A stretch of 33,451 nt of DNA from Actinomycetota bacterium. Lineage in GTDB: Bacteria; Actinomycetota; Acidimicrobiia; Spongiisociales; ZC4RG35. The notes under the pieces were generated by a model. That model was not told the DNA's origin. It searched no databases and was given only the letters and a program-made list of their open reading frames with translations. Below, piece after piece: positions 8,518-17,425 of this stretch. Position 1 is the stretch's first letter; each line of letters starts with the position of its first letter. Where the stretch lies: contig JALDXP010000001.1 of assembly GCA_032154885.1 (NCBI GenBank), forward strand, positions 1 to 33,451, in the 5' to 3' direction. The position numbers were made by a program, and so were the translations under genes.

Positions 8518-10848
8518 TCATTCCCCCACCCTCACTATCGATGAAGTCTCAGGGCCCTTGGTGACCTCGAAGCGGACTGGCATCCGCTCGGCGAGCTCAC
8601 GCACGTGGGTGACGATGCCGACGGTGCGGCCCCGACCGACCAGCTCGTCGAGCACGGATGCAACAACGTCGAGAGATTCCTGGTCGAGGGAGCCGAATCC
8701 CTCGTCGAGGAACACGGACTCGAGGCGGGAGGACATCCCGGTCAGTTCGGCCAACTGCTCAGCCATGGTGAGGGCGAGGGAGAGGGCGACCAGAAATGTC
8801 TCGCCACCGGAGAGGGTCCGTGTGGTTCGAGTGAGCCGGGCATTGCGATGGTCGACGACTTCGAACTGACTCTTCTTGACCCTCAGCGAGTAGCTGCCAC
8901 CTGAGAGCTCGTCGAGAAGACGGTTGGCGCCATCGATCAGAACATCCATCGCCTCCTCGAGGAGCCAGGCCTCGAAGTTGTTGGCCTTGAGGTGGTTGCC
9001 GAGGGAGGACGCGACACGAGCATGGCCCATCTCGACACCCAGTTCCTCGTTCAGCTCAGTGGCGTGAGCGATCGTCTTCTCCATCTCTTCGATCTCGGCC
9101 CGCCGTCGCTCCTCCGCCAAGGCAAGGTCGCGATCAGGTGACTCAGTGGAAGGGATTCCGAGCAGTTCGAGCCAGGAGCGCTGCTCCTGCTGCACTTTCG
9201 CCAAGCCTTCGGCAGCCGACTCGACTGCCTTTTCGAGATCGCCCAATTCCTCCACGCGAGCTGCGGTCCTCTCCCCCAGCCATGTCTCGAAAAGCCGCCA
9301 GGCTTCGATGGCGTCGTCATCGGGGAGTGGTGGCTTCTCGTCCGCAATCTGATCCCTGACGGCGAGAAGGGCCTCGCGCAGACCTGAGCCGCGTGTCTTG
9401 AGATCAGCAACGGCGAGACGTGCCTGATCGACGGCGAGGGCGGCCTGCGTCACCGCCTTCTCGCCGGCTTGCCGGGATTCGACCAAAGCCCGGACAGTGG
9501 TGATCGCCTCCTCGAGGGCGTCGAGGTCCTGCTTTCCCTCCAGACGCCCACTGACTTCGTCGAGCTGACGATCAATCTGCTTTGCCTGCCCCTCTGCCTC
9601 CTTGAGGCCGTCCCGAGCGCGATCTGCCCGCTCCTCGAGCTCTCGCAACTCGCTGGTGAGATCGTCGAGCGAGATGTCCGGCCCGTCGATCTCTTCAGTC
9701 ATCGGAGCAACCACCGACCGGCACACGGGACAGGTGTCACCAGTGGCGAGCCCCCGACGAATGTCATGAGCGGCGTGCTCGACACGGAGCACGTCCAGCG
9801 AGCGACGCTTCTCATCGCGATCGGCGGTTATCTCGCTCACGGCCGTGGTGAGAGATTCGAGACTGAGCTCCAACCTGCGGTCGGCGAGATCCCGGTGCAG
9901 GAGCCGGTCGGTCCTCGCCGACTCGAGACTGGCCAGCTCGGGGCGCCCCGCCATGTCCGCATCGATCGCCTTGGCCGTCTCGACAGCTCCGGCCAGTTCC
10001 TTCTCGAGCGTTTCGAGATGCTTGGCGGCGGCCGCCATATCCGTGTCGAGAGTGTCCAGATCGTCGGGCACTTCGATGGCCCGGAGCCGGGTGAGACTCT
10101 CCGCCGCTGACGCATGTGTCGACCTCGCCTCGCCCAACATGGCCGCAAGCCGGCCGATCTCTTCGAGACGGGCCGGGAGCTCGACTCTGGCTCGTGTCAG
10201 GTCTCCCAGAAGTTGCCGCGCTTCCTCGATCTGCTCCGGAGTTGCGATTTCGAGCTTGGCCAGGCTGTCATTCACCGACTTTGCCCTCGCCTCGGCCAGC
10301 TTGGCTCGCTGATTGGCGAGCTGCATGACTTGCTCGTACAAACCCATCTCGAGCAAGGCACCGAGAAGGGCCTGACGATCGCTCGGCTTGTCAGTGAGAA
10401 AGTCGGCAAACGCACCCTGGGGTAGGACGACCGCTTTGATGAAATGCTCGTACCGCAGACCGAGCAGGTCGGTCACCGCATTGGTCACCTCGTCAGCCGT
10501 CCCCGCCAGCACCTCCTGGCCCTCACCACGGAGCAGGCGGGCCTCGGTAGTGGATGCCCCCAATCCCTGCCGCACCATGAGCCGGACGGCTTTGTAGGTC
10601 TCCTCACCGACCGAGAACTCGAACTCGACCCGGCAAGTGTCTGCCTGAGCCGAGATGAGGGGCGCCACCGAGCCCTTGCCTACGCGGGGGATGGCCCCAT
10701 AGAGAGCAAACGTCATCCCGTCGATGACGCTCGATTTGCCCGATCCCGTCGGGCCTGACAGCACGAAGAGGTCTGCATCGGTGAAGTCGATCTCGGTCCT
10801 GCGCCGGTAGGCGAGGAATCCCTCCATCACCAGGCGCTGCGGTCTCAC
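8518..10848 (-). CDS. sbcC: SbcC/Rad50-family ATPase with zinc hook
   Basis: Motifs present are Walker A LSGPTGSGKSS, a long coiled-coil, a central CPVC zinc hook (9721-9732, residue 373 of 776), the signature motif LSGGETFLVALSLAL, Walker B VFLDEGFGSLD and the H-loop VGIVTHV. The GTG start overlaps the sbcD stop (GTGA). Confidence 0.9.
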   Translation of the reverse strand: MRPQRLVMEGFLAYRRRTEIDFTDADLFVLSGPTGSGKSSVIDGMTFALYGAIPRVGKGSVAPLISAQADTCRVEFEFSVGEETYKAVRLMVRQGLGASTTEARLLRGEGQEVLAGTADEVTNAVTDLLGLRYEHFIKAVVLPQGAFADFLTDKPSDRQALLGALLEMGLYEQVMQLANQRAKLAEARAKSVNDSLAKLEIATPEQIEEARQLLGDLTRARVELPARLEEIGRLAAMLGEARSTHASAAESLTRLRAIEVPDDLDTLDTDMAAAAKHLETLEKELAGAVETAKAIDADMAGRPELASLESARTDRLLHRDLADRRLELSLESLTTAVSEITADRDEKRRSLDVLRVEHAAHDIRRGLATGDTCPVCRSVVAPMTEEIDGPDISLDDLTSELRELEERADRARDGLKEAEGQAKQIDRQLDEVSGRLEGKQDLDALEEAITTVRALVESRQAGEKAVTQAALAVDQARLAVADLKTRGSGLREALLAVRDQIADEKPPLPDDDAIEAWRLFETWLGERTAARVEELGDLEKAVESAAEGLAKVQQEQRSWLELLGIPSTESPDRDLALAEERRRAEIEEMEKTIAHATELNEELGVEMGHARVASSLGNHLKANNFEAWLLEEAMDVLIDGANRLLDELSGGSYSLRVKKSQFEVVDHRNARLTRTTRTLSGGETFLVALSLALTMAEQLAELTGMSSRLESVFLDEGFGSLDQESLDVVASVLDELVGRGRTVGIVTHVRELAERMPVRFEVTKGPETSSIVRVGE

Positions 10849-11975
10849 CTGGCGAGAACCTCCTCCTCGAGCTCCCGGAACAGCTCCACAACAGCGGGAT
10901 CGTCGACCCCCTTCGAGCTGAGATAGGCCTCCAGCAGCGCCGCCGGAGACCGGCCCACCCGTTCGATACGTTCCCGGGGCGCCTGGTCCTCTGGCTGGGC
11001 GATGATCACGTCGACCGCCCCCGGGATCGCATCTCTGACTTCCTCGTTGAGACCTGCTCTGGCCTGCTCGTCGAGCAACACCTTCACATAGGACCCTTCC
11101 ACCTCGGCAGCTCGGCTGAGCACCTGCTCGAGGGTGCCCCGTATCTGCACGAGCCCGATACCGCCCTCCAGCGGGATTTGATCCACCGATGCCGGCTTTC
11201 CCGGCTCGGCCTCCACGACGAGGACGCCCTTCTCGTCACTGACCTCACCGAAGTCGAGCTGCATCGGTGACCCGCTGTACCAAACAGGGGCGGAGGCGGG
11301 AATCCTCTGCTGACGGTGGAGGTGTCCCAGCGCGACATACGAGAGGCTTCCCGGAAAGGCCTGAGGGGGGATGGCATAGCCAAAGATGTGGGCTTCACGC
11401 TCGCCGCCGCCACTCTCCGCCCCATACACGGTGAGATGCCCGGTGAGCACGTTGACAGTGTCCGTGCCCATGCCTTCGGTCAGACCGCCGATGATCCGTC
11501 TCAGCCGCTCTTCGTATCCCTGGGAGTGTTGATCGGGGTCGAGATCCATGATCTCCGCCGCCTTGATGATGCCGCGCTGAGAGACGAATGGGAGGCAAGC
11601 CACCTTGAGGCCGAGAGACTCGAAGAGCGCCACCCCACCATCGAGAGGCCGCGTGGGACGAGCGACGACCGTGATTCGACCCAGATCGAGGAGCGGTTTC
11701 ACCGCTTCCAGCCGGGCAGCGCTGTCGTGGTTGCCCCCCACCACAATGACAGGGCCGACCTCGGCGAGGCCGAGCAGTGCTCGATAGACGATCGATTCGT
11801 CCTCAGGTAAGGGTGAGGAGATATCGAAGAGGTCACCGGCGACCAGAGTGATGTCGACACGCCGGTCCCGAGCGATTTCGACGATCTCGGACAGGACCGC
11901 CCGATGCTCATCAGCCCTGGAGCGACCACGAATCTTCCTCCCTACATGCCAATCAGAGGTGTGGAGCAATCTCAT
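10845..11975 (-). CDS. sbcD: SbcD/Mre11-family nuclease
   Basis: The protein starts at MRLLHTSDWHVGR. The calcineurin-like phosphoesterase motifs DWH, GDLFD, GGNHD, TGHL and GHLH are all present. The 245 codons upstream in the 621-aa ORF run through the herA 3' region in another frame and are rejected. Confidence 0.9.
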   Translation of the reverse strand: MRLLHTSDWHVGRKIRGRSRADEHRAVLSEIVEIARDRRVDITLVAGDLFDISSPLPEDESIVYRALLGLAEVGPVIVVGGNHDSAARLEAVKPLLDLGRITVVARPTRPLDGGVALFESLGLKVACLPFVSQRGIIKAAEIMDLDPDQHSQGYEERLRRIIGGLTEGMGTDTVNVLTGHLTVYGAESGGGEREAHIFGYAIPPQAFPGSLSYVALGHLHRQQRIPASAPVWYSGSPMQLDFGEVSDEKGVLVVEAEPGKPASVDQIPLEGGIGLVQIRGTLEQVLSRAAEVEGSYVKVLLDEQARAGLNEEVRDAIPGAVDVIIAQPEDQAPRERIERVGRSPAALLEAYLSSKGVDDPAVVELFRELEEEVLAR

Positions 11976-12040
11976 GGTGGGACCGAGCAGGTCATCGCTC
12001 CCGATCGTAGGTCGGGGCAGGGACAGTTCCTGGGAGGCTC

Positions 12041-13714
12041 CTAGAGGTCTTCGAAGGGGTCGGCCGGGCCATCGATCTCGCCAGGTGCCCTCCCTGCCTC
12101 GGAAGCGCGGGTAGCCCAGGCCGGGAAGGGGAATTCGAGGACGAGTGGGACCGGGATCTCCGGTTGCGCCAGGAGCATGGTCCCCGGCTTCAGGATGGTG
12201 GCGCGCTGTCTCTGTGCGGCGGGGAGAAAGCCGTACTCCTCCCGGGACGCTTCGGCCGAGTCGAGTCTGCCCACCACCCGAATCGAGGAGTTGGCGATGA
12301 TCCGCCTCTCCACCTCCGATGCGGTCTGCTGGGCGCCGATCAGGATCACGCCCAGTGAGCGGCCCCGTTCGGCCACGTCTAGAAGCACTTCCTTTATCGG
12401 GCTGGCTCCCTCTCTCGGGGCGTACTTGTTCAACTCGTCGAGGACCAGGAAGAGCAGCTCGTCGGATTGGCCCGCTTTCTCCTTGTCCTCGAGGGCCCGG
12501 CGCACTGCCACACCGACCACGAACCGTTTTGCCCGATCGTTGAGGTTGTGAAGGTCCACCACGGTGATCTGGTGGCCCTGAACCTCGATCCGGTGCCGAT
12601 CCGGGTTGGCGATGTCGCCTCGTATCAGCCGTTCGACATGCCGGACGGATCCCTGAAGTCTTCGCACGAAGGCGTTGACGGTCCCGGCCCCGATATGGGG
12701 GCCGGCCCAATCGTTCCGGGTTTCCTCCTCCTGGACCTTCCGGGTCACCAGATCGACCAGGTCCCGGAAGGTCCGCACCGTGTCCCCTTCGATGCGGACC
12801 GACCCCCCGTCCGCCGGGTCGGCATGTCGGAGCTGAGCCATGACGTTGTAGACGACCATCGTGTACTGCGCACGCTCATCCTCTGCGTCGGCGAAGAGGA
12901 AGACCATCAAGTCTTCGTGGCAGAACTCGGCCAGCGTCCAGAAGAACGACGTCAGGTCGGAGCGGCTGCTCACATCGGCCACCGCCCGATCGGACCCGGG
13001 CCGCGGCGGAGCGAACAGACCGACCGAGCCGAACGGCTGGGCCGGTAGCTCCAGCGCCCGATAGAGACGCTCGGCGTCTTCGTCGAGGCTGGTGTTCCGC
13101 CGGTCGAGATGAAGGAGGTCTTCGCCCTTCACGTTGAAGATGAGCGCCCGGGTGTTGACGACGGCCGCTCCGAGTACCCCTGACGTGAACAGAGAGTGGA
13201 GGAGAAAGGTGGCGTAGCTGGTCTTCGTAGCGACACCTGATATCCCGGAGATGTTGACGTGGGCGCCCCGCTGCCCGTTGATGAACTCGAAGTTTGCATA
13301 GAGGGGCTCGCCGCTACGCGAAGCGCCGACCGGGAACCTGCGATCCATCCGATCGAAGAACAAGGCCTGGTCGCGCTCCTTCCCGTGGGCCCTGCGCACT
13401 GGTTGTCCGGGACGGGGTGGGACGAAGATCTCGGGCTCGACCCGGGTCGCAGTCACTTGTGCCGCCTCCATGACCTCGGCCGGCAGAACCCCGTCCTCGA
13501 TGAGGAAGACGTCGGAGTCGAATCGGGCGCCCTCGTGGCGGGCCCGCACCTGGCTGATGGTCCCGAAGATCTTGACCAACTCACCTGTCGGAAGGACGCG
13601 CTCGAGGGCGACGACATCGTCCAGCTCCAAGTATTCGCCTTCGGCTACGCCGACCCAGAATTCGAGCGGTGTGGCGTCGACAGTCCCCAGCACGCGACCG
13701 ACCATCTCCTCCAT
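12041..13714 (-). CDS. herA: HerA-like (FtsK/HerA superfamily, DUF87-type) ATPase
   Basis: The N-terminus has a HAS-barrel-like pattern (GRVLGTVDATPLEFWVGVAEGEYLELDDVV). There is a P-loop-like segment NISGISGVATKTSYA, a Walker B LLFLVLDELNKYAP, and the C-terminal block SLGVILIGAQQTASEVERRIIANSSIRVVGRL. I chose the start at Met41 (13712-13714). The ORF's first ATG at 13834 would overlap the divergent GT gene. Confidence 0.78.
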   Translation of the reverse strand: MEEMVGRVLGTVDATPLEFWVGVAEGEYLELDDVVALERVLPTGELVKIFGTISQVRARHEGARFDSDVFLIEDGVLPAEVMEAAQVTATRVEPEIFVPPRPGQPVRRAHGKERDQALFFDRMDRRFPVGASRSGEPLYANFEFINGQRGAHVNISGISGVATKTSYATFLLHSLFTSGVLGAAVVNTRALIFNVKGEDLLHLDRRNTSLDEDAERLYRALELPAQPFGSVGLFAPPRPGSDRAVADVSSRSDLTSFFWTLAEFCHEDLMVFLFADAEDERAQYTMVVYNVMAQLRHADPADGGSVRIEGDTVRTFRDLVDLVTRKVQEEETRNDWAGPHIGAGTVNAFVRRLQGSVRHVERLIRGDIANPDRHRIEVQGHQITVVDLHNLNDRAKRFVVGVAVRRALEDKEKAGQSDELLFLVLDELNKYAPREGASPIKEVLLDVAERGRSLGVILIGAQQTASEVERRIIANSSIRVVGRLDSAEASREEYGFLPAAQRQRATILKPGTMLLAQPEIPVPLVLEFPFPAWATRASEAGRAPGEIDGPADPFEDL

Positions 13715-13769
13715 CCGGGCGAGCGTAGACCCGGGGAGGGACGGATTGAGGGCCACGTAGGCTCGCTGC

Positions 13770-14915
13770 GTGAGCCTGGCGGTGTTTCCCTTCAAATCGG
13801 AGGAGCCCTCCCTGGTCGTCTCCAATCTCGCCACGGCAGCGGCTCACCCGGCGATCGACGAGGTATGGGCCGTGGCGCCGGAGATAGGCGGCGCGGAGGC
13901 GTCAGTTCGAGCGATGGCGAAAGAAGTGTCCGGCGCCCATGCCAAGCCAGTTGAGGTGATCATTCAGGAGCGTGTGGGCACTCACCGATCGGGCAAGGGC
14001 GACGCGATGAACACTGCCCTGGCCCTCGCCGCCGGGCAGGGGCGGCATCGGGTCCATTTCTACGACGCCGACATCACCAACTTCGACGCGTCTTGGATCG
14101 ACGGGGCCGAGGCTGCGGCCGACAGGGGCTTCGGCGTGGTGAGACACCGGTTCCCCAGGGCAGCGACCGACGCGATGATCACGTGGATGATCACCAGACC
14201 GGCCCTGGCCCGCCTGTTCCCCGGGACCTTCCTCCCCAGGCTCGACCAGCCGCTCGGAGGTGAGGTCCTGCTCACCCTGCCAGCCGTTGAGACCCTGGCC
14301 GCCTCGGATCTGGTGCGAAGTCGTTCCGACTGGGGGATCGACACGGTTTTGACCTACGCCACCTCGGTGATGGACATCGGCTTCTACGAGCACCACGTTG
14401 CCGACGGGAAACGACACGCCCTCTACGGGTCGCTCGACGAGTTACGGGAGATGCTGATCGAGTGCCTGGATGCGGCCGCATCACTGTCGGGCCGGCCCGG
14501 CCCCGGGCCTGGCGCCAGACATGCCACCGACCCACCCGCCCCGGTCCCGGAGGATCTGAAACAGATCACGGCATATGACCTGCAAGGCACCGTCCGCCTC
14601 CTCGACGCGGAATGGAGCCCCGACGAGGTCCATCTCGCCGAGAGCCTGCCCACGGACCTCTCCGGTCTCCTCCTCGACGATCCGGTCCGGCCGAGATTCG
14701 AGCTGATGGACGCCGACCGATGGCACATGGCGCACGGTTTCTTGATGGATAGCTTCGCTATCGGCGACCCGGCATGGGAGTCGCTGGCCTTTCGCCTCTG
14801 GCTGACCCGGGTGCTGTCCTACACGACCAATCAGGCCAGGGAGGGGTTCGACGCCGCCATCGCATATCTCGAATCCACGATTCGACGCTACGAGGTGATC
14901 GCTGGATCCTCCTGA
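13770..14915 (+). CDS. glycosyltransferase, mannosylglycerate synthase-like (GT78; GT81 GpgS-like is the alternative)
   Basis: Motifs are GKGDAMNTAL, HFYDADITNF, FPRAATDAMITWMITRP, QPLGGEVLL and RSDWGIDTV. The 381-aa length and C-terminal helical extension match my recollection of Rhodothermus-type mannosylglycerate synthase. It uses a GTG start. Confidence 0.7.
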   Translation: MSLAVFPFKSEEPSLVVSNLATAAAHPAIDEVWAVAPEIGGAEASVRAMAKEVSGAHAKPVEVIIQERVGTHRSGKGDAMNTALALAAGQGRHRVHFYDADITNFDASWIDGAEAAADRGFGVVRHRFPRAATDAMITWMITRPALARLFPGTFLPRLDQPLGGEVLLTLPAVETLAASDLVRSRSDWGIDTVLTYATSVMDIGFYEHHVADGKRHALYGSLDELREMLIECLDAAASLSGRPGPGPGARHATDPPAPVPEDLKQITAYDLQGTVRLLDAEWSPDEVHLAESLPTDLSGLLLDDPVRPRFELMDADRWHMAHGFLMDSFAIGDPAWESLAFRLWLTRVLSYTTNQAREGFDAAIAYLESTIRRYEVIAGSS

Positions 14916-16018
14916 TCCCTGGAACCGGCCGTGACCTCTCGCACACCGGTGAGAACCACGATCAAGGCGGCCAGGGCCACTACGGCCGCCATCAACGTGA
15001 CCGACCGCATACCGCCGGCTGCGAACACACGCGGGGCGACGAGGTCCCCGGCGATGCGCCCCAGCCCGCTCGCGACAATGAGGAGAGAGAGGAGGCGGGC
15101 CCGCGCCCGCGGCCGAAGCTCGGTGGTCAAAGGGATGGCGGAGATGATCCCGAACTCGATGGCGACACTGACGACGACGAGGACCGCCATCGCCGCCAGT
15201 AGCTGCTCGGAGACGACCGAGAGCACCAGAAGGGCTACCGCGGCGACTGCCAACCCCAGGGCCAGAGAGTTCCGTTTCCCGATGCGATCGGTGAAGGCGG
15301 CCATCGACACCTCTCCGGCCAGCTCAGAAACCCCGACGAGCGTGCCGACGCCACCGAGTGCGATCAGACTCAACCCGAAGCTGCCTTCGAGCCACCCGCC
15401 GAGGACGACCAGTAGCGACTCATGGGTGAAACCGAACAGCGCCACAGTCACCAGGACCAGCGCCACCTGACGACCCGGGCTGTCCGCCGCCATGACCCCG
15501 GAGACGGAGTCGTCCCTCCGGTCCAGGAAGAACAGGGCCAGCCCGATGCCGAGAAGCCCGACGGAGCCGACCACCCAAAACGGGGCCTCCCAACTCCAGT
15601 TCTCGATGAGCCATCCGGCCAGCGGGGCGCCGATCAACAGCCCCCCGGCCCAAGCGATCTCCAGGATCCCGAGATACCGCGCTCGCTCTCCGTAGGCGAC
15701 CCGTTCGGAGACATACACCTGGGAGCTGACATCGATCATCGGTTTGGCCAGGCCGACCAAGGCAAAGCCGATCACCGCTCCGACAAACACCCCGGTCCAT
15801 GCGGTGACGATCGAGCCGATCGAGAAAAGTGCCAGTCCTGCGACTAGAAGACGACGACTTCGCCCTCGAGTTCCGGAAAACGACATGAAGGCGGGCGTGG
15901 TGAGGGCACCGGCCCAACGAACCGATACAAGCGCACCGGCCTGCGTCAGGTCGATTCCCAGCCCTCGGGCGATGGCGGGCAAGAAGGGATAGACGAAGCG
16001 GAAGCCGATGTTGGCCAC
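14888..16018 (-). CDS. MFS transporter (N-terminus uncertain)
   Basis: The 376-aa polytopic protein has the conserved YPFLPAIARGLG segment near the N-terminus. The first canonical start (GTG at 16018) leaves TM1 truncated (see findings). Confidence 0.8.
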   Translation of the reverse strand: MANIGFRFVYPFLPAIARGLGIDLTQAGALVSVRWAGALTTPAFMSFSGTRGRSRRLLVAGLALFSIGSIVTAWTGVFVGAVIGFALVGLAKPMIDVSSQVYVSERVAYGERARYLGILEIAWAGGLLIGAPLAGWLIENWSWEAPFWVVGSVGLLGIGLALFFLDRRDDSVSGVMAADSPGRQVALVLVTVALFGFTHESLLVVLGGWLEGSFGLSLIALGGVGTLVGVSELAGEVSMAAFTDRIGKRNSLALGLAVAAVALLVLSVVSEQLLAAMAVLVVVSVAIEFGIISAIPLTTELRPRARARLLSLLIVASGLGRIAGDLVAPRVFAAGGMRSVTLMAAVVALAALIVVLTGVREVTAGSRDQEDPAITS

Positions 16019-16153
16019 CAGCTTCAGGAAGAGAAGTGTGGCGATGGCGGGGCGGAACGGCCGTGCTCGGACGGGTGACTCGGCTATGGCCCCATCGTAG
16101 GTTCGGGCAGATCCGCTTCCACCGGGCCCGAAGCGACCATCCTGGCGGGTGAG

Positions 16154-16588
16154 ATGACACTCGTAGTCGTGGTGCTGATTGCAGTCCTCGGAGGCTTGGC
16201 CGGGGCCCTCCAGTCACAATTCCTCGGTGTGATGGAGGAGAGAGTGGGAACGCTCGCCTCGACCTTCGTCACCTATGCCGGAGGAGGGTTGGCCGTGGCC
16301 ATCCTGATGGTGGTTTTTCAAGGGAACCGGCTATCGGAGTTGAGGGAACTGCCGTGGTGGGTGTACGGGGCCGGGCTCATGGGGCTCGTAGTCGTGGCCT
16401 CGTTGGGAGTCAGTGTGGCCAATCTGGGGCTGGGAGCCGGACTGACTTTGTTTACTGCGGCCACACTCATCCTCGGTGCCCTGATCGAGCATTTCGGCTG
16501 GTTTGGGGACGGGCGCTCTTTGGACGCGATGCGGATTGTCGGCATGGCGCTCGTCATCGGGGGAACCTGGCTGGTGGTCCGAGGCTGA
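16154..16588 (+). CDS. DMT-superfamily small membrane protein (DUF606/YdcZ-like)
   Basis: The 144-aa protein has about 4-5 TM segments and a Gly/Ala/Leu-rich composition typical of DUF606 transporters. It is divergent from the MFS gene. Confidence 0.7.
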   Translation: MTLVVVVLIAVLGGLAGALQSQFLGVMEERVGTLASTFVTYAGGGLAVAILMVVFQGNRLSELRELPWWVYGAGLMGLVVVASLGVSVANLGLGAGLTLFTAATLILGALIEHFGWFGDGRSLDAMRIVGMALVIGGTWLVVRG

Positions 16589-16594
16589 TCGTGC

Positions 16595-17425
16595 TCAGCC
16601 CACAGCGATGGCTGCCATGGCCACGATTGTGAGGACGAGGCCGACGATCTGCCGTGACCGGAGGTGCTCGGCATTCACCAGCCGGGCAAGCAGCACGGTG
16701 ACGGCCGGGTAGAAGGAAGCGGCGACTGCGGCCAACGCGAGAGAGCCGGCCCGCACCGCGAGCAGGAGAGCGACGTTGCCGCTCACGTCGAGGACAGCAT
16801 TCCCCAAGACCACCCGCCGGGGCACCGAGCCAAATCCGACGAGCTTCCAGACGCCAAGGCCTGTCAGCGCCAGAACCGCCAGCATGGTGGCTGCCCGAGA
16901 CGTGATGAGCGGGAGCAGATTCGACTCGGGATCGGTGAACCCGATGATCGAGGTGAAGCCACCGAACCCGAGCCCGGCGGCCAGCCCATATCCGAATCGA
17001 CCACGTGGTGTGTCGCCCGGGTCCGCCACCCATGAGCTGAGAACGATCGCCGGGACCGCCACGGCCACACCGACCCAAGCAAGGGTGCTGGGTCGCTCGC
17101 CACGGACGACCGCCACGATCACCGGTAGCACCGCGGCCACGGCGGCCGCTGTTGGGGCGACGGCGGCGGCGTTGCCCCGACTGAGCCCCGCGAACAGGGA
17201 CACGAGACCCACGGCGCCTGCGATGCCGGCTGCTGCGCCGAGCAGGAGGTCGGCAGGCCCGGCATCGCCACCTACGACCAGAGCGACGACAAGGATCATC
17301 GGGAAGCTGATCACTCCCGCCCAGAGGACGATCGCCGCGGCCGGAGCGCGCTTGGCTCCCTCTCCGCCCAGGAAATCGGCGACTCCGTAGAGAAGGGAGC
17401 TGATCCCCCCGAGGATTACCTCCAC
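16595..17425 (-). CDS. EamA/DMT-family transporter
   Basis: The 276-aa polytopic protein starts MEVILGGISSLLYGVADFLGG.... The GTG start directly abuts the stop of the upstream HIT gene (TAG-GTG). Confidence 0.8.
   Translation of the reverse strand: MEVILGGISSLLYGVADFLGGEGAKRAPAAAIVLWAGVISFPMILVVALVVGGDAGPADLLLGAAAGIAGAVGLVSLFAGLSRGNAAAVAPTAAAVAAVLPVIVAVVRGERPSTLAWVGVAVAVPAIVLSSWVADPGDTPRGRFGYGLAAGLGFGGFTSIIGFTDPESNLLPLITSRAATMLAVLALTGLGVWKLVGFGSVPRRVVLGNAVLDVSGNVALLLAVRAGSLALAAVAASFYPAVTVLLARLVNAEHLRSRQIVGLVLTIVAMAAIAVG

Noticed and set aside
11972-11995. 7-codon mini-ORF (MTCSVPP) whose TGA overlaps the sbcD ATG (ATGA), preceded by GGGAG
   Set aside because: The GGGAG lies only about 2-3 nt from the mini-ORF ATG, which is too close for a functional SD. 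An ORF this short is expected by chance. It is noted only as a possible coupling device.
11976-12710. 245-codon N-terminal extension of the sbcD ORF (10845..12710)
   Set aside because: It runs through the 3' part of herA in another frame and is Arg/Pro/Gly-rich. The canonical SbcD N-terminus (MRLLHTSDWH) starts at 11975.
13715-13834. 40-codon N-terminal extension of herA
   Set aside because: It would overlap the divergent glycosyltransferase start (13770) by 65 nt. The HerA-like HAS-barrel pattern starts right after Met41. This remains a possible alternative start.
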